DNA of 64,000 nt from the human T2T-CHM13v2.0 reference genome, Homo sapiens: NCBI RefSeq assembly GCF_009914755.1, contig NC_060947.1. One strand, given 5' to 3'. Below the pieces are notes generated by a model that ran no database searches, had not been told where the DNA came from, and worked only from the letters and a program-made list of their open reading frames with translations. The number at the start of each line of letters is the position of its first letter. The stretch's first letter is position 1. Positions 1 through 12,680 of the stretch are shown piece after piece. Made by a program: the position numbers and the translations under genes.

Positions 1-95
1 TTGAAAAGGGGTTGATTATGTCTACTTTGCCAGGAGTTGTCAAGATTAGAGAAAAGGATGTAAAACACCCAGTATATAGTTGGTACAAATTAAGT
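1..95 (+). mobile_element. MIR SINE 3' fragment
   Basis: tatgtctactttgccaggagttgtcaagattagaga...atgtaaaacacccagtatatagttggtaca resembles the MIR core/3' end; heavily diverged. Confidence 0.45.
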
Positions 96-449
96 TATTT
101 CTACCCACGTTTTGTAATTGCTTTTTAAAATCTCTTAAGCGGGACTTCCTCCTCCTGTCTCCTTAGAAAGATTTCCATACCTTGAGATTTTGCCCTTGGA
201 CCCATCCTTTCATCATATTGTACCTCCCCAGTGTCTTATGTACTACCACCTCTTCAACTAATATGTATGTCTAGATGTCTTTCACACCTAGTTCGAGATA
301 TCTAGAAATCTCTTCTAAATGCCTGATGTGAATTTCCAGCTTAAAGTTCCATTCCAATATGTATTTTCTGGGATTCTACATTCAGGATAAATGAAAGCAG
401 AATTTGAGATGGGCATGGAAAGAGAGACAACTGAGGCATGGTACTGAAT

Positions 450-1180
450 TCTGGGCTAAAGAGTGAGTTGACTAAATCAGCAAACTAAAGGGGTTCAGAG
501 AAGTGTATTCACGTGATTTGAATTTACCATCTGTATGAGGGATGCAGTAGAGCAGAGAAGCTAAGGCAGGGAAGCCATTTAAGAACATATTGTAATAACC
601 TACATATTAATGTGATTTTAGAAAGAAAACAATAAGTTAAAATTCAAGGAGCTTGCAGAGAAATGAATAGAAAGATTTGGCAGCATATTGGATGTAGTAT
701 AAAGATTTAACAGGGATTAAAATCATTCCACAGCTCCAAGGATAGACATTGGAAAACTAATGGTGCTATTGGTGGTAATGGTGTGGTTAGGAGGAATTCT
801 TGTTTTGAAAAGGGTCAGACAAGTGAGAAGGGAGAATAATTAAGATTTTGACATATTAATTTTCAGGGGATAGTAGGAAACCCAAGGGAAAAATATCTTG
901 CAGGCAACTGAAACGAGAATACAGCAATGAAAATAAGAAGTTCGAATTAAGTCAGTGCTGGTGCTGGACATATTAGAGTCATTTGTACACAAGGAGTAGC
1001 CAAAATCAAAAGAATACATGAACTCCCCTGAAGGAGTGAGGACAAAAGGGAATAGACAGGGGGCAAGAACTGAACTTTGGGAGACAGTCAGAGGGAATAA
1101 GTGGGAGGAAGGAGAGCTGGAACAGCCAAAGACAGAGACATTTAAAAAAACACACACACAAAAGGAGAAGCAATGTGACA
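450..1180 (-). mobile_element. L2 LINE fragment
   Basis: Purine-rich segment with L2 antisense hallmarks (ttttgacatattaatttt, gagtcatttgtacaca, ggggcaagaactgaactttgggagac, ggaggaaggagagc). Confidence 0.6.
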
Positions 1181-2197
1181 GAAGCCTACTGACTTTTGGA
1201 CTAATTCATTGGTCCCTGACTGACTCTTCAGTTATGTGCCTGCTCTCTTTCACTCCCACACCTGGGTCCCAAGCTTTTCTTTCTATTCATTGTTTAGCTG
1301 GGCCTCCTGGGCTTCACAATCTAATTATTATTCATGCTGTCTAAACCACTCTCAATTCATGCTTCCCTGCACCCATCAAGCATACTCATTTGCAAATATA
1401 TATAAAGTGCTATCTTTGCTAATTTGGTAAGTGATGATGAAGAACTGGGATTCAATAGTAGATGGTCTTTCCGTCCCAATAGGGTGGTCTGCAAGAAAAA
1501 ATCAAGCTGATACAATCTGCATTTATTTATTCAGAAGCAATGAATGAAGCACTACACCAACACATTCTTATTAAGTCCTACTGTGCATTCAGCTACTCCC
1601 AAATTAATAAATACTGTGAGTAAATTTAATATATAATATGAATAATGAGAGTGACATCTTCTAAATTTATGTGCATTCTTTTCCTATTTTGAGTGTTCTG
1701 TTTCCCAACATACATCGTGCCTCCTTCTACTTCTTCCCCTTTTCTTTTGTTACCTTCAATCACATCTCTTTCCTTTCAGATACTCAGATTGTACACACAT
1801 CCATAAATACTCTCACTCAGAAATCTTTTATATACTAACTTGCACACGAAACCTCCTGCTCACGTGTTTCGATGCTTTTCTCAAGCTTGACTATTCAAGG
1901 GAAACTCAAAATAGAATAAAGAATTGTTATAGTACTCCAATATAATAATTAAATCATTTATATTTTTCCATCTTTGTAACTCTAGTAACATATTGCTAAC
2001 AGAGGGTGCAACATGGGGATCTAATACTGCCTTTGATTCATAAATAGACCTTTTCTCATTGGTTTACATTTGACTTAATTATGATTTTACATAATAAAAT
2101 GCCTTTATTCTTTCTTCTTATTACTCAAGCAATATAAATTCATAGTAAACATATTAAAAATTTAGAAAAGTGTAATGGATAAAAACCAGACATCCTG

Positions 2198-2313
2198 GGC
2201 TGGGAGTGGTGGCTCACACCTATAATCCCAGCACTTTGGGAGGTCAAGGTGGGCAGATCACGAGGTCAGGAGTTCGAGACCAGCATGGCCAACGTGATGA
2301 AACCCTATCTGTA

Positions 2314-2348
<35 letters not shown>

Positions 2349-2528
2349 AGTTGCCTGTGGTGGCACACACCTGTAATCCTAGCTACTCAGGAGTCTGAGG
2401 TGGGACAATTGCTTAAATTCAGGAGGCGGAGATTTCAGTGAGCCGAGATCGTGTCACTGCACTCTGGCCTGGGTGACAGAGCGAGACTCTGTCTCAAAAC
2501 AAAAAACAAAACAACAGCAACAACAACA
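2198..2528 (+). mobile_element. AluS (AluSg-like) SINE
   Basis: Dimeric Alu with gatcacgaggtcaggagttcgagaccagc; (CAA)-rich tail; TSD aaaaaccagacatc(c/t)t at 2181-2196 and 2529-2544. Confidence 0.95.
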
Positions 2529-2549
2529 AAAAACCAGACATCTTATGCC

Positions 2550-3660
2550 ATCATGACAAAGCAACTGGCAATAGACTTGCCCTTCTGATGTAAATAACTG
2601 TAAAACTGGAAAAAAATATTTGAGGAAACCCTTATCAGGGATTGAACAAGCAGCAGCACAGAAATATGAACCCTGAGAGAAGGGAGACAAATGAGGTGAG
2701 TCTCACATTCTCTCCATCTAACTGTTTGGAGGCAATGACACAGAGACCAGTATTCAGTGAGAGCATTTACTGCAAATATTTGGCTGAGGTCTGAGCTGCA
2801 AAAGGGTAGAGCAAGATGCCGGGAAGCCTAGCGGAGAATGGCTGCTACAGGTTGTGAACAAAATGGAGATACTAGAGATAACACAGTGTATGGAGATGTT
2901 GGAATTTTGGTCCAGACAGAAGTAAGAGAGCTTGATAAAAACCTAGGGCCAAAGAAGAGGCACCAGGAAGGCCACAACAAGAGTAAAGTCCATTCCCTAG
3001 TACTGGGGCTACTTTAGACACATCGAAAGAAAGCTTAAAGTTAAGCATCCCCACATTCAAGGAGAACCACTAGAAAATAAACTACCACTCACAACAAACC
3101 TTATCATTCTTTAAAGGAAGATAAATTCAGACACCTTAAAATGTGTCATTCACAATAATCTGCATACAATAAAAATACTAGACATATGAAGAAGGAGAAA
3201 AATTTAGACAAAATCAAGAAAAAATATGTACTGTCAATGGACAACAACTTTGAAATGGCCCATATTTTGGAATTATCAGCTGAGGACCTTAAATCAATAA
3301 TGTTAAACATGTTCAACCATTTAGAGGAAAATATGGTCTTAATGAGTGAAAACATGGGGAATCACAGACAATTGGAAATTCTAGAAATGAAAAGTATAAG
3401 TATATCATAAAAAATAAGGTGGATGAACCTAACAGCAGATTGAAGAAAGCAGAAGAAAGGGGGAGTGAATCTGAAAACAGAGTAATTAAGTGATCCACTC
3501 TGAAGAAGGGAGGTAAAAAAAAGATTGAAGACAATAAAGAACAGAGTCTCAATGGCCTGTTGGAATACCAGATGAAGAGAGAAAGCTAGAATGAGGGAGA
3601 AAAGAATATTTCAAGCAGTAACGGTTGAAAATTCCTCAAAATTGGTGATAAATAGCAACC
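2550..3660 (+). mobile_element. Old L1M 5' region and ORF1 N-terminal part
   Basis: ORF 3186-3410 (MAHILELSAEDLKSIMLNMF) is typical degenerate L1M ORF1; A-rich plus strand. Confidence 0.75.
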
Positions 3661-4696
3661 CCCACATTTACCCTCCACACTGTCCTAGTAGAGGTTCTCC
3701 ATGGGGCTCCACCCCTGCAGTAGACTTCAGCCTGGACATCAAGGTGTTTCCATACATCCTCTGAAATCTAGGTGGAGGTTCCCAAACCTGAACTCTTGTC
3801 TTCTATGCACCTGCAGGCCCAACACCACATGGAAGCTGCCAAGGCTTGGGGCTTGCACATTCTGAAGCCATGGCCCAAGCTGTACCTTGGCCCCTTATAG
3901 ACCTGGCTGGAGCTGTAGTGGCTGGGATGTAGGGCACCATGTCCTGAGGGTGTACAGAGCAGCTGGGCCCTGGACCTGGCCACAAAACCATTTTTCCCCC
4001 TAGGCTTCTGGGCTTGTAATTGGAGGGGTTTCCATGAAGATCTCTGAAATGCCCTGGATATATTTTCCCCATTATCTTGGTTATTAGAATTTGGCTCATC
4101 ATTACATACGCAAAATTCTGTAGCCAGCTTGGGCTTGAAATCCTCCCTAGAAAATGTATTTTTCTTTTCTACTACATGGTCAGACTGCAAATTTTCCAAA
4201 CTTTTATGCTTTGCTTCCCTTTTAAACATAAGTTCCAATTTCAAGCCTTCTCTTTCTGAATGCATATGACTGTACATTTTCAGAAAAAGCCAGGTCACCT
4301 CTTGAATGCTTTGCTGCTTAGAAATTTCTCCTGCCAGATACCCTAAATCATCTGTCTCAAGTTCAAAGTTCCATAGATCTCTACAGTAGGGATAAAATGC
4401 TGCCAGTCTCTTTGTTAAAGCATAACAAGAGTGACCTTTACTCCAGTTCCCAATAAGTTTCTCATCTCCATCTAAGACCAACTCAGCCTGGTCTTTATTG
4501 TCTATATTACTATCAGCATTTTGGTCACAACCATGCAACAAGTCTCTAGGAAGTTCTAAAACTTTGCCACATCTTCCTGTCTTTCTCTGATTGCTCCAGA
4601 CTGTTCCAACCTCAGCCTGTTACCCAGTTCCAAAGTTACTTCCACATTTTCAGGTTATCTTTATAGCAGTGTCCCAAACCCCTAGTACCAATTTTC
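3661..4696 (-). mobile_element. MaLR (MSTA/THE1-type) internal region, 3' part missing
   Basis: 257-aa ORF 3768-4541 (GNWSKGHSCYAL...RDLWNFELE) is the MaLR internal ORF; homologous to 21453-22971. Confidence 0.9.
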
Positions 4697-5062
4697 ATTA
4701 TAAGTCCTTTTTCACACCGCTATAAAGAACTACCCGAGACTGAGTAATTTATAAAGAAAAGATGTTAAGTTGACTTACAGTTATGCATGGCTGAGGAGGC
4801 CTCAGAAAACTTACAGTCATGGCAGAAGGGGAAGGGGAAGCTAGGCATGTCTTACTTGGTGGCAGGAGAGAGTGAGTGAGCCAGGGGGGAAGTGCCACAT
4901 TTTAAAAGCATCAGTTCTTGTGTGAACTTACTCACTATCATGAGAACAGCCAGGGAGAATTAAATCCCCATGGTTCAATCATGTCCCACCAGGCTCCTCC
5001 TCCAACATGTGGGTATTAAAATTTGAGATGAGATTTGGGTGGGGACAGAGCCAAACCATATA
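4697..5062 (-). mobile_element. MSTA/THE1D-like 5' LTR
   Basis: Ends gagatttgggtggggacagagccaaaccatat; abuts the internal-region start gtaccaattttc. Confidence 0.9.
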
Positions 5063-5690
5063 GTGGGTATATAACCAAAGGAAACAAAATCAGTATCTTG
5101 AAGAGATATCTGCACCCCATGCTTATTGTGTAATTATTCAAAATAGCAAGACATAGAAACAACCCCTACATGTCCAATGACAGATGAATGGATAAAGAAA
5201 ATGTAATATATGTGTTTGTATGTGTGTATGTATGTGTATATATACACATATATGCATACGTGTATAAGTGTATGTGTATATATACATACATACACACACA
5301 TCTACACACATGCATACATATATACATACAAGGAATATTCAGCCAAAATAAGAAAGAAATACTATCATTTGAAACAACATGAATGAATTTTGAGGGCATT
5401 ATGCTAAGTGAAAGAAAGTAGACAGAGAAAGACAAATATTATATGACTTAGTATGACTTAGTGTGGAATCTAAAAAGGAAAATCTAATTCATAGAAACAG
5501 AGAATAGAATGATGGTTGCCAGGAGCTGAGGTGTGGGGGAAATGAGATGTTGGTCAAAGAGTACTAACTTTCAGTTATGAGATGAGTAAATCCTGGAGAT
5601 TTAAAGTACAGCATGGTGATTATAATAATGTTATATTGTACACTTAAAATTTGTTAAGAGAGTGATCATAAATATTCTCATCATTTAAAA
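5063..5690 (+). mobile_element. L1MA/L1MB 3' end
   Basis: gatatctgcacccc, gatgaatggataaagaaaatgt, tacagcatggtgattataat 3'UTR motifs. Confidence 0.8.
5205..5330. repeat. Mixed (TG/TA)n-(TA/CA)n alternating purine-pyrimidine microsatellite
   Basis: Directly visible; the two halves are near reverse complements. Confidence 0.9.
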
Positions 5691-6535
5691 ACCTGTAACA
5701 GAATTTGGTATCTAGTGAGAAATAATCTTCAAACATCAGGGTGAAAAAAAGATGTTTTGGATAAATGAAAGCAGAAGCAATTTTTAATAGATCTTCACTG
5801 TAAGGAATACTAAAATATAGTTTTTTGGCAGAAAGGAAATGTAGAAATATATATGTACAGGAAGGAAAAGTGAGCACCAAAGATTATAATGAATGAAATA
5901 TTGATAAAGTATGAGACTGAGCTGTGTTTATTCTTATTTTCTTAAAGAAAAAATTACTAAACAAAAATAATATCATTGTAAAGTTTATGACGTATTATAG
6001 AGAAAAACATAAAAACAATAACACAAAGGATGGGAGTGTGGAATTGAATTATACTGCTGTCACATTATTTACTTTTGAAATGTATGAATTGTGAAAAAAT
6101 ACAGTATTAATTCTAAGCAAATTATGATAATTTAAGATGTATATTCCAATATCAGGAGCAACCATTAAAAATAAACAGAGATAGAACTAAGAAGTTAATA
6201 GCAAAATTAAGTGAAATATTGAAAAATATTCATTTAGTGAAAAAGAAGACAGAGAATGGAGAGAAATAAGTGAGTGAGACAAACAGAAAACAAATAGAAA
6301 GATATTTAAAGTGAAATGTGTCAATAATTACTTTAAATATAAATGGACAAAAAATTTCAAAGTAAAAGGCAAAGATTGTCAGATTTTATAAAAAATGAAG
6401 ACCTACTACATGCTGCACAGCAGAGACAAATTTTAAGGACACAATTAAGTTGAAATAAAAAGGATGTGAAAAAATATCTTATGCAAATGATAAGCATATG
6501 ACAACTGGTATAGCTATAATAAGATTAGTCAAGAC
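5691..6535 (+). mobile_element. Old L1M ORF1 end, spacer and ORF2 endonuclease start
   Basis: tcaataattactttaaatataaatgga...gacctactacatgctg are degenerate endonuclease N-terminal codons. Confidence 0.7.
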
Positions 6536-9500
6536 ATTCTTATATGAAAAAAACTAAGAAAATTTGCCACCACCAAATCTGTCTTTAAAAAAATGGCTAG
6601 TGGAAGTTTTTTAAATAGAGAGGAAACAATAAAAGAATCTTTGATCCTCAGGAAGGAAGAAAGAATAAGTGTAAGGGAGAAATATGAATAAATATAATAG
6701 ATTTTCTTTCTCCTTGTGAGTTTTCTTAATTATGCTTGATAGTTAAAGAAAAAAATTATACTATTGCTTTGGTTCTTAATGTGTAGGGAGAATTATTTAT
6801 GACTCATAAATAAGGTAGGGTAAAGAAATGTAAAAGAAGTTAGATTTCTGCACTTCACTTTAGCTGGTAAAATGTCAACAGGAATAAATAGTGATAAATT
6901 AAGTATATATAATACATAATGCAAATGCTAAAGGAACAAAACAAGAAATGCACTCAAAAATGCTATAAATGAATCAAAATGGAATTCTATAAAGTGGCCA
7001 AGTAACTCATATTAAGGCAGGGAAGAGAAGATAGAGAAATAAAAAATAGAATCCAAAGAGAAAACAAAAAATAAATTGGCAGACTTGAGCCTAATACATC
7101 AATGGTTACAATAAATGTAGAAGGTCTAAATACACCAATCAAAAGACAGAAATTGGCAGAGTGGATAACAACAACAACAAAAAATGGCCCTACTACATGC
7201 TACCTACAAGAAAGCCACTTCAATGTAAAAATATAGGTTGACTGAGGGTAAAAGGATGCAAAAAATATGCCATGTAAATACAATCAATAGAAGAGAAGTG
7301 GGTATATTACTGCAAAATTTTAAAAGTGTAAATCCAACAAGAAGGCATAGCAATCCTTAATGCATATCCACCAAACAACAGAGCTGCAATATATGCAAAG
7401 CCAATGCAGATAGAATTGAAAGGAAAAATAGACAAATTTACAATTATAGTTGAAGAGTTTAACACACCTTATGAAGAACTTATAGAACAGAGAAAAAATC
7501 AGCAGGGATATATAAGAACTAAACAACACCATCAACAAACAGGATCTAATCAACATTTGTAGAAAATTCCATCCAACAACAGCAGAATGCATTCCTTTTC
7601 AAGTGTACATGGGACATATACCAAAGTAGACCAAATCTTGGATCATAAAACAAACATTAACCAAGGTAAAAGAATTTAAATCATTCAGAGTGTGTTTTCT
7701 GACCACAGTGAAATCAAACTACAAATCAGTAATTAAAAGGTAACAGGAAAATTTCAAAACAATTGAACATTTAAGAAAATAACTCTCAATAATCTGTGGA
7801 TCAAATAGTAAGTCTAAAGGAAACAAAAATGCATGGAACTAAATGGAAATTAATATACAACATATGAAAATGTGTGAGATGCACTGAAAGCTGTGCTGAG
7901 ATGGGTATTTATAGCACTAAGTGCTTCTATTGGAAAAGAGCTAAAGTCTTAGATCAGTAATATAAGGTTTCACAAGAAGAAACTATGAAAAAAGAGCAAA
8001 AATGCCCAAACCAGCAGAAGAAAGAAAATACTAAAGATAAGGGCATAAATCAATGAAACTGAAAACAGAAAATCAATACAACAAAGAACTGTTTCCCTAC
8101 AAAGACAAAGAAAAAGGAGAAGATATAAATTGCCAATATCAGAAATAAAACAGAGGACATTACTACAGACTTCACAGACATCAAAAACATAAGAAAAAAT
8201 ACCATGAACAACTGTAGACACACAACTTTTATTAATACAACTTAAATAAAATGGATCAACTACTTGAAGAATACCAATTACCACAATTCATCCAATATTA
8301 AACAGATAATTTGAATTGTCCTATAGCTATAAAAACATTGAAATTGTATTTTAAAAGCTCCTGAAAAGAAATTTCCTGGCACAGATGGTTTTATTGGAGA
8401 ATTCCACTAAATCTTTAAAGAAGAATCCTACACTATCTCTTTCAGAAAATAGAAGAAGAGGAATATTTCCTAGTTCATTTTATGAAGCTAGTATTAGTCT
8501 GATTCAAAACCCAGAAAAAGATAGCCCAAAAAAGAAAACTTGTGTATTAGCTTTCTATTGCTACTGTAACAAATTACCACAAATGTAATGGCCTAAAACA
8601 ACACAAATTTATTATCATACAGTTCTATAGTTCAGAACATTCAAAATGGGTCTCATTCAGCAAAATAAAGGTTTCAGCAGGGTTGCATTTCTTCCTGGGG
8701 GCTCCAGGGGAGAATCGGTTTCCTTGAGTTTTCCTGCTTCTAGAGGCTACCTTCATTCCTTGGCATATGATCCCCCTCCTCTATCTTCAAAGCTAGCAAC
8801 TGCAGCCCAAGTTCTCATGCTGTCATTTCTCTGGTTATTTCTTGCATAGTCACATCTCCCTCTGACCACATCTGGGAAATGTTCTGTGCTTTTAAGGACC
8901 CACGTGATTAGATTGAGCCCACCTAGATTATCCAGAATAATCTCTTCATCACAAGGTCCTTAATTATACCTGCAGGGTCTATTTACATATTCTGTGAATA
9001 TGTAAAGTAATATATTCACAGGGATGGGATAATAATATGTTCATGTCTTTGGGATGGGCATAATTCTGTCTATCAAAACCATACACCAATATCCCTTATG
9101 AATACAGATACAAACATTCTTAACAAAATATTATCAAATAGAATTCAACAATGTATAAAAAATTATACACCATGAAAAAGCAAGGTTTATTCCAGATATG
9201 TAAGTCTGGTTCAACATTTAAAAATTAATCAATTCAATGCAACATATGAATAGGCTAAAAAACAATCACCCAATTCTATCATTTGACAAAACTCAGTGTC
9301 CATTCATCAAAAAATTTCTCTGCAAACTTAGAATAGAAAGCAGCTTTCTCATTTTGATAAGGTATATCTACAAAAGAACTACAGCTAGCATCATACTGAA
9401 TGGTGAAAAACTGAATGCTTTCTCACTGCTATTCAGAACAAGGTAAGGATGTCTGCTGCTTTTGCCACCACTATTCAACATCATATTGGAAGTTTTAGTC

Positions 9501-10397
9501 AGTATAATAAGACAGGAAAATAAAATAAAAGATATACGGATCAGAAAGGAAGATATAACTGTGTCTATTTGCAGATAACCTGGTGGTTTTTAGTGGAAAA
9601 TATTAATGAATCTACAAAAATATTCTAGGGCTAAGAACTGAGTTTAGAAAGGTCACAGGATATAAGATCAACATACAACAATCAATTGTATTCTCATATT
9701 CTAGCTGTAAACTTGTGGAAACCAAAATTTATATCTTATAATCAGCCAAAGTAAATGAAATATTGATGTGTAAATCTAACAAAACATGTACAAGACTTAG
9801 ATATTTAAAACTACACAACATGAATGAAAGATATAAAAGAAGATCTAAATAGATGGAGAGTCATACCATGTTCAGGGATTGAAATATTTAACATAGTAAA
9901 GTTGTTAATTCTCCCCAGGGTTTGACACAATTTAAAAAATCCCACCAAGGTATTTTGTAGAAATAGACAAACTTATACTAAAACTTATGTGGAAAGTCAA
10001 AGGAACTAGAATAGCTAAAACAATTTTGAAAAAGCCTAATAAATTGGGAGGTATTGCTCTCCCTGATTTCAAGAGTTATCTCTACAGCAATTTATATTAG
10101 CAGTATTGGTGAAATATTGGAAGAGAATAGACTCCAGACATAAATTCACACATGATGGTCAACTCATTTTTTACAAAAGTGCAAAATCAATTCAATATGG
10201 AAGGATAGCCTTTTCAACAAATGGTGCTAGAGCAATTAAACATCCATAGAAAAAAAGCAAACAAAACCTCAACCTAAACCTCATACCTTGTATAAATATT
10301 AACTAAAAATGTCCAAAAACAGAAATGTAAAATATAAAAGCTTAATAAAAAACATCAGAGAGAAACTTTGCAGCCATGGACTAGATAAAGGATACTT
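6536..10397 (+). mobile_element. Second old L1M, ORF1 end through ORF2 RT (interrupted by MLT1)
   Basis: New endonuclease start near 7090; RT remnants in ORFs 8385-8588 (FPSSFYEASISLI) and 9237-9446 (IILNGEKLNAF); tttgcagat motif near 9570. Confidence 0.85.
8541..9077 (-). mobile_element. MLT1 (MLT1D-like) solo LTR
   Basis: Begins tgtattagctttctattgctactgtaacaaattaccac; contains ggctccaggggagaatcggtttccttg; L1 ORF2 resumes at 9078. Confidence 0.85.
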
Positions 10398-12100
10398 TAA
10401 TTTTTTTAATAGACAAGTACAAATTGTACATATTTATGGTATATAGCATGATTTTTTGATATGTGTATACACTGTGATTGGATAAATTAAGCTATTTAAC
10501 GTACACATTAGCTCAGATACTTATATTTTTTTAAATACGGAGAACACTTAAAATCTACTTTCTTAGAAATTTGTAAGTGTGCAATATATTGTTAATTGTA
10601 GTAACCATGATGCAAAATAGAACTCTTGAACTTATTTCTCCTGTCTAACTGAAAATTTATGTACTTTAACCTACTTTTCCCTAATTCCTTCAACCTCCCA
10701 GACTCTGGTAACCACCATTTTACTCTCTGTTTTTTTTAATTCAACTGTTTTATACTCCACATGTAAGTGAGATGATATGGTGTGTGGCTTATTTCAGTTA
10801 ATATAATGGTCTCCAGGTTCATCCATGTTGTTACATATGACAGAATAGTCTTTTTTTTTCAGAAGATTGAACAGCATTCCATTGTATATATATACAACAT
10901 TTTCTTTGTCCATTGATCCTTTAATGGACACCTAGGTTGCTTTCATATCTGGCAATTGTGACTAATGCTGCAATAAACATGAGAGCATGTGGATATCTCT
11001 TTGACATACTGATTTTATTTTCTTTAAGATATACCAGTAGTGGAATTGGTAGATCATATTGATAGTTCTATTTTTAAGTTTTTGAGGACTCCCCATACTG
11101 TTTTTCATAGTGGCTGCACTAATTTACATTTTCACTAATGGTGTGTAAGGGTTCCCATTTCTCCACATCCTTGTCAACACTTAATAGTTTGAATATTTGT
11201 CTCCATTCAAATTTCATGTCGAATTGTAATCCTCAATTTTGGAGATGGGGCCTAGTGGGAGATGATCAGATCATGGAGTAGATCTCTCTTGGCTTGGTGC
11301 TGTCCTTATGATAGTGAGTGAGTTTTCATGAGATCTGGTTGTTTAAAAGTACGTGTCACCTCTCCCCCAACCTCTAACTCCTGTTTTTGTCATGTGAAGG
11401 GCCTGCTCCCATTTTGCCTTCTGCCATGAGTAAAAACTCCTTGAGGCCTCCAAGAAGCCTAACAGATGCAGGCACCATCCTTGTAGAGCCTGCAGAACTA
11501 TGAGCAATTAGATCTCTTTTCTTTATAAATTACCCAGTCTCAATTTTTTTTTACAGCAATGCAAAAATGGCCCAATACTTTATCTTTGGTCTTTTTGATA
11601 ATAACATTTTAACAGGTGGGAAGTGACATCTCATTGTGGGCTTAATTTGTATTCCCCTAATGATTAATGATGTTGAGCACTTTATTATGCACCTGTTGGC
11701 CTTTTATATGTCTTCTTTTGAGAATTGCCTATTCAGTTCCTTTGCTTATTTAAAAATGGGCTATTTTCCCTTACTATTGAATTAAGTTCTTTATATATTT
11801 TTAATATTAACCCCTTATCAGCTATATGCCTTGCAAATATATTCTCCCATTCCATTGGTTGTCTCTTCACTCTGTTATTATTTTTTTTTTTACTGTGCAG
11901 AACCTTTTTAGTTTTATGTAATACCATTTGTCTATTTTCACTTTTGTTGCATGTGCTTTTGAGGTCATATAAAAAAATCATTACCCAGACAAATGTCAAT
12001 AAGCTTTTTCCCTATGATTTTTTTAACACTTTTGCAGTTTCAGGTCTTACCTTTAAGTCTTTAATCCAATCGAGTTGATTTTTTCATATGGTGTGAGATG
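10398..12100 (-). mobile_element. L1MA 3' end, 5'-truncated (interrupted by MST LTR)
   Basis: T-rich L1 3'UTR; ORF 11733-11999 (RVKRQPMEWENIFA) is ORF2 C-terminal. Confidence 0.88.
11182..11578 (+). mobile_element. MSTB-like solo LTR
   Basis: gaattgtaatcctcaa...ggtgctgtccttatgatagtgagtgag...ataaattacccagtctc...aatac. Confidence 0.85.
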
Positions 12101-12452
12101 AGAATTTTAAAAATGAGAACTATTGATAACTAACCAGCATAAATGAATCTCAAAGCATTATTATTAGTGAAAGAAAGCAGGAAAAAGGCATATTTCACCT
12201 ATGTATAATTCTAGAAAATCTAATCTATAGTGATAGAAGGCAAGGCTGTGGTAACTGGAACAGGGGTTGGACAGAGGGAGGGAAAGTATTACTATAAAGA
12301 TGCACAAGGAAACTTTTTGGGCTAATGGATATGCTCATTACCTTGATGGTGGTAATGGTTTCATGGGTGTATAAATATGTCAAAATATATCAAATTGCAT
12401 AATAAAAATCTATAAAGTTTATTGTTTGTTAATTATTCCTTGATAAAGCTTT
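12101..12452 (+). mobile_element. L1MC/ME-type 3' end
   Basis: atgaatctcaaagcatta, ccttgatggtggtaatggtttcatgggtgta 3'UTR motifs. Confidence 0.7.
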
Positions 12453-12612
12453 GTGGGTTATTTTAGAGGCAGGGTCTTGCTCTGTGACCCAGGCGGGAGT
12501 GCAGTGTCATGATTCTCACTCACTGCAGCCTTGAGTTCCTGGGCTCAAGGGATCCTCTTGTCTTGGCCTCCCAAAGTTCTGAAATTATAGGCATAAGTCA
12601 CCATTCCTGACC
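12453..12612 (-). mobile_element. Alu monomer (FRAM-like)
   Basis: About 150-bp single arm; TSD tgataaag(c/a)ttt at 12441-12452 and 12613-12624. Confidence 0.8.
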
Positions 12613-12680
12613 TGATAAAGATTTTTAAAGTAGAATTTTTGAAATGTTCTTAGAACTATTTACTTAATATCTGTGCTTTT

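Noticed and set aside
170-370. Possible plus-strand L2 fragment (similar weak hints at 1350-2050 and 63940-64000)
   Set aside because: Similarity too weak to set boundaries without a profile search.
840-1430. Short ORFs of 64-108 aa
   Set aside because: They overlap decayed L2 sequence and show no recognisable domain or splice structure.
3768-4541. 257-aa ORF as a novel gene
   Set aside because: It is the MaLR internal ORF remnant; homologous broken copies lie at 21549-22055.
5442-5461. tatgacttag duplicated
   Set aside because: Trivial 10-bp slippage in an old L1 3' end.
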